The position numbers were made by a program, and so were the translations under genes. Below the pieces are notes generated by a model. The model saw nothing but the letters and a program-made list of their open reading frames with translations. It had not been told where the DNA came from and did not search any database. Of a DNA stretch of 64,000 nucleotides, positions 35,201-46,320 are shown in pieces. The stretch spans positions 640,624,558 through 640,688,557 of the forward strand of contig NC_133619.1 of NCBI RefSeq assembly GCF_048593235.1, read 5' to 3'. Each line of letters starts with the position of its first letter. Within the stretch, counting starts at the first letter, position 1. This stretch comes from Sminthopsis crassicaudata. Taxonomy: Eukaryota.

Positions 35201-38200
35201 GGCCGACAGCAGGGACATGACCATTGACTTGCCCGTTCCTTGCAGACCCAGGACCCCGACCACCAGCACGTCCGTCTGATCCAGCAGGTACTGAGGAGAG
35301 CGCAGTGCAGGACGTCAGCCCCCCCCTCCGACTGCAGAGGCGCCGCTCGTCCCACCACAGGCGGGGTGCTGCTGGAAGAGCCACCTGGGCAGCCCCCCCA
35401 GCAGGTAGGTTCTCCCCCCCGTCCCACCCAGGTCCTGCTCCTAAAGGGGCTCACCTCGATGGCGCTGTCGCACCAGTTCATCTGGTCGTCCACCAGCTTG
35501 ATGCTGTGCTTCATGCGCTCGGGGGGCAGCAGCTTGGCCTGGCCCACCACGGCTGGGAAGGGAGAGAGAAGGGGGCCGCCTGTCACCCGGACCAGGGGCT
35601 GGTTCTGCCTTTCTGTATATCTGCACGGCTTGGCACAGTGCCGCACACAGCAGGCACCTAATAAATGCACACTGGCTGGCCAATAAAGGGGAGGCCGCGG
35701 CCCGAGGGAAGGCCGAGCCGAGTGCAGAGTGGGGCGGCCTTTGTTCCTCCCAGGGTGAGCCCACCTCCCCCCCCCTTTTCCCTTCTGAGGAAAACAGGCC
35801 CCAGTCCCTGGAGCGGTAAGCCTGGGCAGTGGCCGGGCAGGTGCCCTGGGGGGAGGGACTGCCCCCCAGCGACTCTGACTGCAGCACCCTCCCTCCCAGC
35901 CTCTCCCTTACCTGCGAGTGGGTCCCAGGGAGTCTCCCAGAAGGACGGGCCAGGATGAGTCCTCCCAGATCCCTCTTGCTGGCTGTTCCACATGCCCACT
36001 CGCCCCCTGCCCCTCTCCATCCTCCCCCCTGCCCCCCAATGGGCCAGCCAGCAGTGCCCAAGTCTCCCCCAGGACCTGGCAGGGCTCCGTTCTCTATAAA
36101 TGTCTACCTTGGTGGGTCTCACGCCAGGCACTGTCCTCCACGGAGCCCATGTTGAGGCAGGACCCCGGATGAGCCTCCCTGGCAGGACCCCCGGCCTCAC
36201 TGCAGAATCGTGCCCCCCCATTTCAGGATCTCCCTCCTTTGGGACCTACGGGTCTGTCTGCACTGAGTCCCTGGGGAGGACCCGGCCCGGGCCCAGAGGG
36301 CCACTTTTCACATTAAGGATGCGTCTCCCAGACAGGAGGTGATGGCACTGGGCGTGCGGTGGCCCGGCCTCTCCCCGGGTAATCTCGGCCATGCCATCGC
36401 ACGTCTGCGTGCAGATACGTCACACAAAGGGTCCTTCCTTCGCCTTTTATTGGAGGCAGAGGCCGGCCCTGAGCGTGTCCCCCTCCCCGTGCACACAGAA
36501 GTGCCCCAGGCTCCCTTGCTGTGCTGACTGGGGGCCCCACCCCCCATCCGAGCATCTGCCACAGGAACAGGCATGGTGGGGTGTGGAGGGCAACCTCCAG
36601 AGCCGCCTACTGACACATCGTGCACCTGCTCACCCCGCTTTGTTCCGAGCACCCCCTAGTCGCAGCACCGTCTCCGTGTGCCCCCCACTTACGGTCCAAG
36701 GCGGCGGGCGTCGTGGTGCCCATGCCCCGGTTCTGTATCTGGTAGACGGGCTGGGTGGGCCGCTGGCCTTCCTTCTCCCCCTTGGGGGGGGTGGGTACCA
36801 CTGGAGGGGGCGGCGTGGCCCCTTCAAGGGCCGGGGCTCCTGCCCCCCCGGCCGGGCCCTTGGCTTCCTCCCGAGGCTTCATCAGAACAATAGGTTTGTC
36901 CAGAGGAGCAGGGGCCTGGAGAGCAGTGGGAGCCGGCGTGGTCGGGGGCGGAAGTTTGGACTGAGGAGGAAAAAGAAGCTTCAATCCCTGCGGCCCCCCC
37001 AGAATACCCCGGGCCCCCCAAGGACTTGCCCACAGCCTTACCCGCTCTGCTGGAGGCTTGGAGAGAATGATGGGCGTTTTCTGGATGATTGACGTCCCTG
37101 CCTCCTCATTGCCATCCTGTGAAAGGGAAGGAAGGGCGCCAGAGATCAAGGGCCTGGGACGGCTCCCCAGTACTGCCGCACCCTGTCAAGACCCCACTCC
37201 AGCATCCATCCCTCTAGCTCTCCTCTATCCCATCACACCCCTTGAGCCATCCTCTCTCCCCGGCCAGAGAAGACTGATGTAGTGCAGGGTGTCCCCCCCC
37301 ACACACACACACACACTCCCAGAGGTCAAGGAGGGACGAGCCACCCCTTCCTCCTTGGAGGACTGTAATCAAATCACCTGGGGTGCTTTAATCCCCTCTC
37401 CTCAGGGGGATGGCAACGTCACGACTCCCCTCAGCGTGGGAAGCTGGAGGAGAGCCTGACTTCTGAATGCAGGCAGATCCCCTGACCTCCCCGACCCCCC
37501 TGCCCAGCCAAAAGTGGAGCCCGAAAAACCATAGGGAAACTCAATGCGAAACTGGAGGGAGCGACCCCCTCCAGCCCAGGAGTGCACAAGGGTCAGCCAG
37601 GAACCCAGGACATGGTGACTAAAGGTGTCGAGGGGCCGCCAGAGGCGGGGGCCTCAAGGGCGCACCCTGGGGATGCTCAGGCCCAGAGGCTCGTCCCAAG
37701 AGGTCCTGAAGGGCAGCGGTCCCTGGAGGCTTCGAGGGCCTAAAGTGGGCCTGAGCACGCACTAGAACTGAGGCCGGGGGGAGGCCCTGCAATCCCAAAG
37801 AGAGCAGGGGTCAGCGTCCTGCCAAGCGATGAGGCCCCAGAGCCTTCAGCATGAGCGAGCAGAGACTCTGAGGAAAATGGAACTTCCAGAGGCACGGTCG
37901 TCCAGAAAAACGGGCAAGGGTGAAAAACCAAAGCTCGGCAGGAAGAAGCGGGAGAAGACAAAGTCTGCAAGCTGGCCCGGACCCGGGACCCTGGCCAGCC
38001 AGGACGGCGCAGACCCGCCAGCGCCGGAAGGAGCGGGACGGAATCAAAGCAGCAGAGACTCAGGAAGCCAAGGGCTGATGCCCGGAACCCAGGTGGAAGA
38101 TCAGGGGGCCGGGGGCAGAGTTCAAGGGTCCCTGGGTGTGCCAACCATGCTCCCAAAGCAGCCAGACACCGACTCTCTAAGATCCTACGTGGAGGATGCC

Positions 38201-41200
38201 CTGACACCGAGGGCACGGCCGGAACACCCGCAGGACCCGGCCCAGAGAGTCTGAGCCCAGCGGGACCGAGCCCAGAGGGACCCGGCCCAGCGGGACCTGG
38301 CCCAGCGGGACCCGGCCCAGAGGGTCTGAGCCCAGCGGGACCGAGCCCAGCGGGACCCGGCCCAGAGGGACCGAGCCCAGAGGGACCTGGCCCAGAGGGA
38401 CCTGGCCCAGAGGGTCTGAGCCCAGCGGGACCGAGCCCAGAGGGTCCGAGCCTAGCGGGACCGAGCCCAGAGGGTCCGAGCCCAGCGGGACCCGGCCCAG
38501 AGGGTCTGAGCCCAGCGGGACCGAGCCCAGAGGGTCTGAGTCCAGAGGGACCCGGCCCAGCGGGACCCGGCCCAGAGGGTCCGAGCCCAGTGGGACCGAG
38601 CCCAGAGGGTCCGAGCCCAGCGGGACCCGGCCCAGAGGGACCCGGCCCAGAGGGTCTGAGCCCAGCGGGACCGAGCCCAGAGGGACCCGGCCCAGAGAGT
38701 CTGAGCCCAGCGGGACCCGGCCCAGAGGGTCTGAGCCCAGCGGGACCGAGCCCAGAGGGACCCGGCCCAGCGGGACCTGGCCCAGCGGGACCCGGCCCAG
38801 AGGGTCTGAGCCCAGGGGGACCGAGCCCAGCGGGACCCGGCCCAGAGGGACCGAGCCCAGAGGGACCTGGCCCAGAGGGACCCGGCCCAGAGGGTCTGAG
38901 CCCAGCGGGACCGAGCCCAGAGGGTCTGAGTCCAGAGGGACCCGGCCCAGCGGGACCCGGCCCAGAGGGTCCGAGCCTAGCGGGACCGAGCCCAGAGGGT
39001 CCGAGCCCAGCGGGACCCGGCCCAGAGGGTCTGAGCCCAGCGGGACCGAGCCCAGAGGGTCTGAGTCCAGAGGGACCCGGCCCAGCGGGACCCGGCCCAG
39101 AGGGTCCGAGCCCAGCGGGACCGAGCCCAGAGGGTCCGAGTCCAGAGGGACCCGGCCCAGCGGGACCCGGCCCAGAGGGTCCGAGCCCAGTGGGACCGAG
39201 CCCAGAGGGTCCGAGCCCAGCGGGACCCGGCCCAGAGGGACCCGGCCCAGAGGGTCTGAGCCCAGCGGGACCGAGCCCAGTGGGACCAAGCCCAGAGGGT
39301 CCGAGCCCAGCGGGACCCGGCCCAGAGGGTCTGAGCCCAGTGGGACCCGGCCCAGAGGGTCCAGGCCCAGCGGGACCCGGCCCAGAGGGACCCGGCCCAG
39401 AGGGTCTGAGCCCAGCGGGACCGAGCCCAGCGGGACCCGGCCCAGAGGGACCGAGCCCAGAGGGACCTGGCCCAGAGGGACCCGGCCCAGAGGGTCTGAG
39501 CCCAGCGGGACCGAGCCCAGAGGGTCTGAGTCCAGAGGGACCCGGCCCAGCGGGACCCGGCCCAGAGGGTCCGAGCCCAGCGGGACCGAGCCCAGAGGGT
39601 CTGAGTCCAGAGGGACCCGGCCCAGCGGGACCCGGCCCAGAGGGTCCGAGCCCAGTGGGACCGAGCCCAGAGGGTCCGAGCCCAGCGGGACCCGGCCCAG
39701 AGGGACCCGGCCCAGAGGGTCTGAGCCCAGCGGGACCGAGCCCAGAGGGACCCGGCCCAGAGGGTCTGAGCCCAGCGGGACCAAGCCCAGAGGGTCCGAG
39801 CCCAGCGGGACCCGGCCCAGAGGGTCCAGGCCCAGCGGGACCCGGCCCAGAGGGTCTGAGCCCAGCGGGACCCGGCCCAGAGGGTCCAGGCCCAGCGGGA
39901 CCCGGCCCAGAGGGACCCGGCCCAGAGGGTCTGAGCCCAGCGGGACCGAGCCCAGAGGGACCCGGCCCAGAGGGTCTGAGCCCAGCGGGACCCGGCCAAG
40001 AGGGTCCAGGCCCAGCGGGACCCGGCCCAGAGGGTCTGAGCCCAGCGGGACCCGGCCCAGAGGGTCCAGGCCCAGCGGGACCCGGCCCAGAGGGTCCAGG
40101 CCCAGCGGGACCCGGCCCAGAGGGACCCGGCCCAGAGGGTCTGAGCCCAGCGGGACCGAGCCCAGAGGGTCCGAGCCCAGCGAGACCCGGCCCAGAGGGT
40201 CCAGGCCCAGCGGGACCCGGCCCAGAGGGTCCGAGCCCAGCGGGACCCAGCCCAGAGGAACCCGGCCCAGAGACCAGAGGGCAGCAGGCCCCAGACCACA
40301 GGGACCCAGCCCAGAAAAGAAGCCTGTGTGTCCAGAAGGGATCATGCCAGGTAAGGTGGAGGCTCCGGACCATAACCAGGAAGGGTGGACCCTGCAAAGC
40401 CAAGGAGGGAAAAGCCCGGAGCTGGGCAGGACTGGGAGGTACAAGAAGAGGCCGGAGCCTGGAAGGAGCGGGGGCGGGGCCGGCCCGCTCTGGGCGCTCT
40501 GGAACCTGCAGGCTTTCCAAGGGCTTTCTGCGAGTCCCGGGCGGTTCTGAGGGCTGGGAAAGGCAGAGACGCAGGCAGAATGGGGGAGGAAGGGGTGCAC
40601 TGGGGCCGTCCTCAAGGGCACGGGCCGGGCAGTTTCCATCGGGATCTCCAGAGCTTTGCTCTTAGACGAAAGCTGGGCCTCCGAGGCCTCTCGTTCCGGG
40701 TGTGACTGGGTGTGAATGTGCATGGACGGGGGGCATGTCTGCGCCTGAGGGGAGTCTGACCGAGCGGCCCGGGGGTGTCCCCTTAGGTGTGTGCCTGTCT
40801 GAGGCTGTCCGCGCCTGCATGGGCACATCTGAGCGAGGGACGGCTGCCCCCCCACCGCCCGGCCTTCTCTGCAGCATCGGCTGCCCGCCCCGGCTCCCCC
40901 CCACAAGCCCAGCTCTGTGCCCTGTGGCATCCTGCCGGCAGAGCCCTCCTGCAGCTCGGCCCCCTCCGGCCTTCTCAAACGACATACAAATCTGCAGACC
41001 CTCTCCCTTTGCCCCCCAACCCCAGACTGCCGTCCCCTGGGGGGGTCACAGGTTCCTGAGGTGGGAGCTCCTCCCTGCAGCTGGAGCCGCACACACACTC
41101 ACCCGCCGCTCGCGCTCCCGGTCCCAAGGGGCTCCATAGTCGCGCTCCCGGCCCCCGGGCCCGGACAGGTTCTGGGGGCCCCCGGAGCCCGGCTCCTTCC

Positions 41201-41258
41201 ATCGGCGTCGCCGCTCTATCCCGTAGAGCCCGGGCTGGCTGTGCCCAGACTCGGACAT
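32292..41258 (-). CDS. SMG9: SMG9 nonsense-mediated decay factor, 13 coding exons, 523 aa
   Basis: Exons (minus): 41258-41103 (MSESGHSQPGLYGIERRRRWKEPG), 37116-37042, 36960-36693, 35552-35455, 35290-35178 (VVGVLGLQGTGKS P-loop), 34257-34146, 33978-33883, 33801-33716, 33437-33331, 33250-33143, 33062-32934, 32789-32645, 32370-32292 (WFHYAARIWDGVKKSSALAEYSRLLA*). All GT-AG with consistent phases, total 1572 nt. AATAAA (minus) at 31866-31871. Confidence 0.97.
38232..40275. repeat. 15-nt minisatellite (about 136 units) in SMG9 intron 2
   Basis: Variants of gga ccc ggc cca gag / ggt ctg agc cca gcg / gga ccg agc cca gag; underlies the 691, 926, 973 and 440 aa ORFs in the track. Confidence 0.95.
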
Positions 41259-41899
41259 GGCACGGCCTGGTGAGGAAAGAGCGATGTCAGGGCCCGCCCT
41301 GCAGCAGCTGCAAGCAGAGGGGGGGGGCGGGGGCTCTCCCGCTCTAGGAATTTCCTGGTTCCCTGCCGGGGGATGGAGAGTTCCCTGGGGGAGGGGGGCA
41401 TTGCTTGGATGGGCAGCTCCCTGGTGGGCACAGGGCCTCTGTTTGGATGGACAGCCCCCTAGGGTGGGCACCAGGCCCTTGCTGAGGGAAGGAGAGCTCC
41501 CTGGGGTGGGCACGGCCCCTGTGGCAGCTCACTAGGGATTCCAAGCCCGTGATTCAGGTCTTTATTTTCACCCCCACCCAGGGGCGCGACCCTAAAGCCA
41601 GGGAGCCGGGCCTGAACACGGGTCACATGACCCTAAGGTCCGGTCAGCCAGGGCCCCTCCCCCTCCCTTTCTTTAGGCCTGGTTCCGTTAGGGTGTAAGC
41701 CTCCAGAGGGCAGGGCTGGTTTCCCTTCCGCTGTTCTCTACCCCAGGCACACAGGGAAGGCTTAACAAATGCTTGTCCACTGGACGCTTCCTCAGTCCCC
41801 AGCCCTTGTGCATGTTACAGATAAGGCCATTAAGTAACTTGCCCAAGATCACCCGGGTGGTGTCGGAGCGAGATTCGGACCCGTGCGCCTTCCCTCCCC

Positions 41900-42720
41900 C
41901 ACCTCAGGTACTTAGACGCCTGGTGAGAGGGGGCAATAAGGTGGTCGTGGGCCCTTTCCCAATCACTTCCGGGTTGGGCTACCAGCAATGGTGGGGGAGG
42001 AACGCTAACGGGGGTGGAAGGACAGAATCAGGCACGTGCAGAGGGAGGGTGGAGTTCGCTCGTCCGCGCGCCTTGCTCTGAACTGAATCCTGATTGGCTC
42101 GCTGGCGCGGAGGCCTCGCGCGCGCGGGATATGGGCGCGGTCCTCCCTGAGATCGAGTCTGATTGGTCCTTTGGCCCCAGCGCGAACAGGGAAGGGGAGG
42201 GGCCCACTTCTCTAAGATGACGTCTGATTGGCTGCGACAGAAGCGCATGGGGGGGCTCCCAAAGAGGGAGGAGAACAGTGGCGCGCGCCCGCGGTAGGAG
42301 GAGCCCTTTTGCCCGCGCGCCGCCTGATCCTTACCTGAGCTGGTCGCCGAGTAGCGCCACGACCAAGTCGCGCGCTTCTCCCGCGTCGAGCTATTGAAGG
42401 GCCCGTCACCGGCAAATCAACGGAAAACGATGGGGAGCGACGCTGCTGGACTCCCGGAACCGGGGGGCGGGAGAAGAGGGAGGGGGGAAGAAGGGGAGCT
42501 ACGGCAAAGAGGATTGTCGCTAGAGTGATGTCATCGCGCATGCGCCGAGGGTGCCGGGTGTGCGGGGAGCGTGAGAAACTGCGCATGCGTTAACTTGCGC
42601 TTCTGCCGGGTGTTGCTCCCCGCCCTTTCTCGGCTCTGTTCTCATCTGGCTCCACTGCGCCTGCGCCGGTGCCGGGCGGTTGTCGGCGCTGAGGGCTGCT
42701 TCAAATTCCTCTTCTGGGAG
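41900..42720 (-). promoter_or_regulatory. SMG9 CpG-island promoter and non-coding exon 1
   Basis: Minus-strand donor CAG|GTAAG with the exon ending at 42335; NRF1-type GCGCATGCGC at about 42536-42545 and TGCGCATGCG at about 42580; several CCAAT boxes (tgattgg) around 42090-42230; acceptor before the ATG exon at 41267-41268. Confidence 0.75.
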
Positions 42721-42926
42721 TAAAATTATCTGGCTATAGCAAGACCTTGAGGAAGAGGTTCTGAATGAAACCAACCTAAATAACTCTGGGCTCAAGCATG
42801 GAGGTCTTCCGGGTCACTGGCCGGGAGGGGGGAGGGGAGGGAGAAGGGGGAATGGCTTCTCAGCTGCGCCCTAAATATCCTCATCTGTCAAACGGGGGAT
42901 TGGCCTGAAAGGATGCTCGGAGTCCC

Positions 42927-44410
42927 GACACCCCCTGTTCTAAGCCCCTCCCAGCTCTGACACCCCCTGTTCTAAGCCCCTCCCAGCTCTGACACCCCTG
43001 TTCTAAGGCCTCTCCCAGCTCTGACACCCCCTGTTCTAAGCCCCTCCCAGCTCTGACACCCCCTGTTCTAAGCCCCTCCCAGCTCTGACACCCCCTGTTC
43101 TAAGCCCCTCCCAGCTCTGACACCCCTGTTCTAAGGCCCCTCCCAGCTCTGATCCCCTGTTCTAAGCCCCTCTCAGCTCTGACACCCCCTATTCTAAGGC
43201 CCCTCCCAGCTCTGACACCCCCTGTTCTAAGCCCCTCCCAGCCCTGACACCCCCTGTTCTAAGCCCCTCTCAGCTCTGACACCCCCTATTCTAAGGCCCC
43301 TCCCAGCTCTGACACCCCCTGTTCTAAGCCCCTCCCAGCTCTGACACCCCCTGTTCTAAGCCCCTCCCAGCTCTGACATCCCCTGTTCTAAGCCCCTCCC
43401 AGCTCTGACATCCCCTGTTCTAAGCCCCTCCCAGCTCTGACCCCCCCCTGTTCTAAGCCCCTCCCAGCTCTGACATCCCCTGTTCTAAGCCCCTCCCAGC
43501 TCTGACATCCCCTGTTCTAAGCCCCTCCCAGCCCTGACATCCCCTGTTCTAAGCCCCTCCCAGCTCTGACACCCCCTGTTCTAAGCCCCTCCCAGCTCTG
43601 ACATCCCCTGTTCTAAGCCCCTCCCAGCTCTGACATCCCCTGTTCTAAGGCCCCTCCCAGCTCTGACATCCCCTGTTCTAAGCCCCTCCCAGCCCTGACA
43701 TCCCCTGTTCTAAGCCCCTCCCAGCTCTGACACCCCCTGTTCTAAGCCCCTCCCAGCTCTGACACCCCCTGTTCTAAGCCCCTCCCAGCTCTGACATCCC
43801 CTGTTCTAAGCCCCTCCCAGCTCTGACATCCCCTGTTCTAAGGCCCCTCCCAGCTCTGACATCCCCTGTTCTAAGCCCCTCCCAGCCCTGACATCCCCTG
43901 TTCTAAGCCCCTCCCAGCTCTGACACCCCCTGTTCTAAGCCCCTCCCAGCTCTGACATCCCCTGTTCTAAGCCCCTTCCAGCTCTGACATCCCCTGTTCT
44001 AAGCCCCTCCCAGCCCTGACATCCCCTGTTCTAAGGCCCCTCCCAGCTCTGACATCCCCTGTTCTAAGCCCCTCCCAGCTCTGACATCCCCTGTTCTAAG
44101 GCCCCTCCCAGCCCTGACATCCCCTGTTCTAAGGCCCCTCCCAGCCCTGACATCCCCTGTTCTAAGCCCCTCCCAGCCCTGACATCCCCTGTTCTAAGCC
44201 CCTCCCAGCCCTGACATCCCCTGTTCTAAGCCCCTCCCAGCTCTGACACCCCCTGTTCTAAGCCCCTCCCAGCTCTGACACCCCCTGTTCTAAGCCCCTC
44301 CCAGTTCTGACATCCCCTGTTCTAAGGCCCCTCCCAGCTCTGACCCCCCCCTGTTCTAAGCCCCCTCCCAGCTCTGACACCCCCCTATTCTAAGCCCCTC
44401 CCAGCCCTGA
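42927..44410. repeat. 32-nt minisatellite (about 46 units) at the 3' end of a MIR-type SINE
   Basis: gacaccccctgttctaagcccctcccagctct repeated; preceded by the MIR-core-like cctcatctgtcaaacggggga at about 42879. Confidence 0.95.
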
Positions 44411-44809
44411 TAGTTTATCATACATTCGAGAAATATTAAATGTATCCGTTTCTGGTTGAGGTCCCATGCTTAACATTAGAGATACAGAGGCAGTTTCAGT
44501 TGCTTAGAATCCAGAGGAAAAGTTTACATAAATATGTAATGTGAGAGTGTTAGGAAAGGACTTAAAGCCCCGTATGTCCGAGCTGGGAGGCCCTTAGAAC
44601 AGGGAATGTCCAAGATGCGCATGGTGTCTGGTGGGCGAATGCATTTCAGAGAGACTAGGGCTAGAGGTCTAGAATTGAGGAGGGTCCCCAGAGGTAATAA
44701 TTGAACCTTTGCGAGATGAGCTCACTAAGGGGAAAAACAAAGAAGAGGCCCCGGGATAAAGCCAAACTAGCAATGGGCTAGGAAAATTTTAACTATCATT
44801 TGGGGGGGG

Positions 44810-44992
44810 GGGGGATGCATGAAGGACATACTTTTTAAGTGTAATTTGTGTTGTAACATTTTCCCATCACTTCCTTGAGTCTAGAAATGAACAACACAAC
44901 AAATCAACCCCTGATTTTATAGTGTTTGCTCATACTCTTAAAAAAATTTAACAATAAGCTCTTCCAGTTCAAACTGGCTCCAGTGTGCCCCT
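44810..44992. mobile_element. Possible hAT-type DNA transposon remnant
   Basis: caaatcaacccctgattttatagtgtttgc...aaatttaacaataagctc...ctggctccagtgtgccc resembles the end of hAT-Tip100-type elements as I recall them; family not verified. Confidence 0.3.
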
Positions 44993-45104
44993 TGTGGATA
45001 TGCCTGGTTAGTGGTCATCACGTGGAATGAGAATAGGCAAGACTCTCTCTTATGGGGTGCTCAGCCTGGGGAACCTAGAGAGGAGAGCCCATCTGGGAAG
45101 GAAA

Positions 45105-46320
45105 GTGACCAGCAGTGTCAAGGGCTGCAGAGAGGTCAGAGTGCGTGACCAGCAGTGTCAAGGGCAACAGAGAGGTCAGAGCGCGTGACCAGCAGTGTCA
45201 AGGGCAACAGAGAGGTCAGAGCGTGTGACCAGCAGTGTCAAGGGCTGCAGAGAGGTCAGAGAGCGTAACCAGCAGTGTCAAGGGCTGCAGAGAGGTCAGA
45301 GCGCGTGACCAGCAGTGTCAAGGGTAGCAGAGAGGTCAGAGCCCGTGACCAGCAGTGTCAAGGGCAACAGAGAGGTCAGAGCGTGTGACCAGCAGTGTCA
45401 AGGGCTGCAGAGAGGTCAGAGAGAGTGACCAGCAGTGTCAAGGGCTGCAGAGAGGTCAGAGAGAGTGGCCAGCAGTGTCAAGGGCTGCAGAGAGGTCAGG
45501 GAGAGTGACCAGCAGTGTCAAGGGCTGCAGAGAGGTCAGGGAGAGTGACCAGCAGTGTCAAGGGCTGCAGAGAGGTCAGGGAGAGTGACCAGCAGTGTCA
45601 AGGGCTGCAGAGAGGTCAGGGAGAGTGACCAGCAGTGTCAAGGGCTGCAGAGAGGTCAGAGCGTGTGACCAGCAGTGTCAAGGGCTGCAGAGAGGTCAGA
45701 GTGACCAGCAGTGTCAAGGGCTGCAGAGAGGTCAGAGTGACCAGCAGTGTCAAGGGCTGCAGAGAGGTCAGAGCGCGTGACCAGCAGTGTCAAGGGCTGC
45801 AGAGAGGTCAGAGCGCGTGACCAGCAGTGTCAAGGGTAGCAGAGAGGTCAGGGAGAGTGACCAGCAGTGTCAAGGGCTGCAGAGAGGTCAGAGTGACCAG
45901 CAGTGTCAAGGGCTGCAGAGAGGTCAGAGAGAGTGACCAGCAGTGTCAAGGGCTGCAGAGAGGTCAGAGAGCGTGACCAGCAGTGTCAAGGGCTGCAGAG
46001 AGGTCAGAGAGAGTGACCAGCAGTGTCAAGGGCTGCAGAGAGGTCAGAGAGAGTGACCAGCAGTGTCAAGGGCTGCAGAGAGGTCAGAGAGAGTGACCAG
46101 CAGTGTTTATGGCTGCAGAGAGGTCAGAGAGAGTGACCAGCAGTGTCAAGGGCTGCAGAGAGGTCAGAGAGAGTGACCAGCAGTGTCAAGGGCTGCAGAG
46201 AGGTCAGAGAGAGTGGCCAGCAGTGTCAAGGGCTGCAGAGAGGTCAGAGAGCGTGACCAGCAGTGTCAAGGGCTGCAGAGAGGTCAGAGAGAGTGACCAG
46301 CAATGTCAATGGCTGCAGAC
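45105..46320. repeat. 40-nt minisatellite (about 30 units) derived from LINE2 sequence
   Basis: gtgaccagcagtgtcaagggctgcagagaggtcagagaga repeated, running into unrepeated L2-like gaatgaggattgagaaaaggccgatggatttggcaat. Confidence 0.9.

Noticed and set aside
38177-41098. 973-aa, 926-aa and 440-aa minus-strand ORFs as extra SMG9 coding sequence or collagen-like genes
   Set aside because: SMG9 is complete without them, none continues the frame of SMG9 exon 2, there is no Gly-X-Y period, and they start at non-ATG codons. The array is kept only as a finding.
38232-46320. CRISPR-like appearance of the regular repeat arrays
   Set aside because: Eukaryotic DNA; the units are contiguous with no unique spacers and there are no cas genes.
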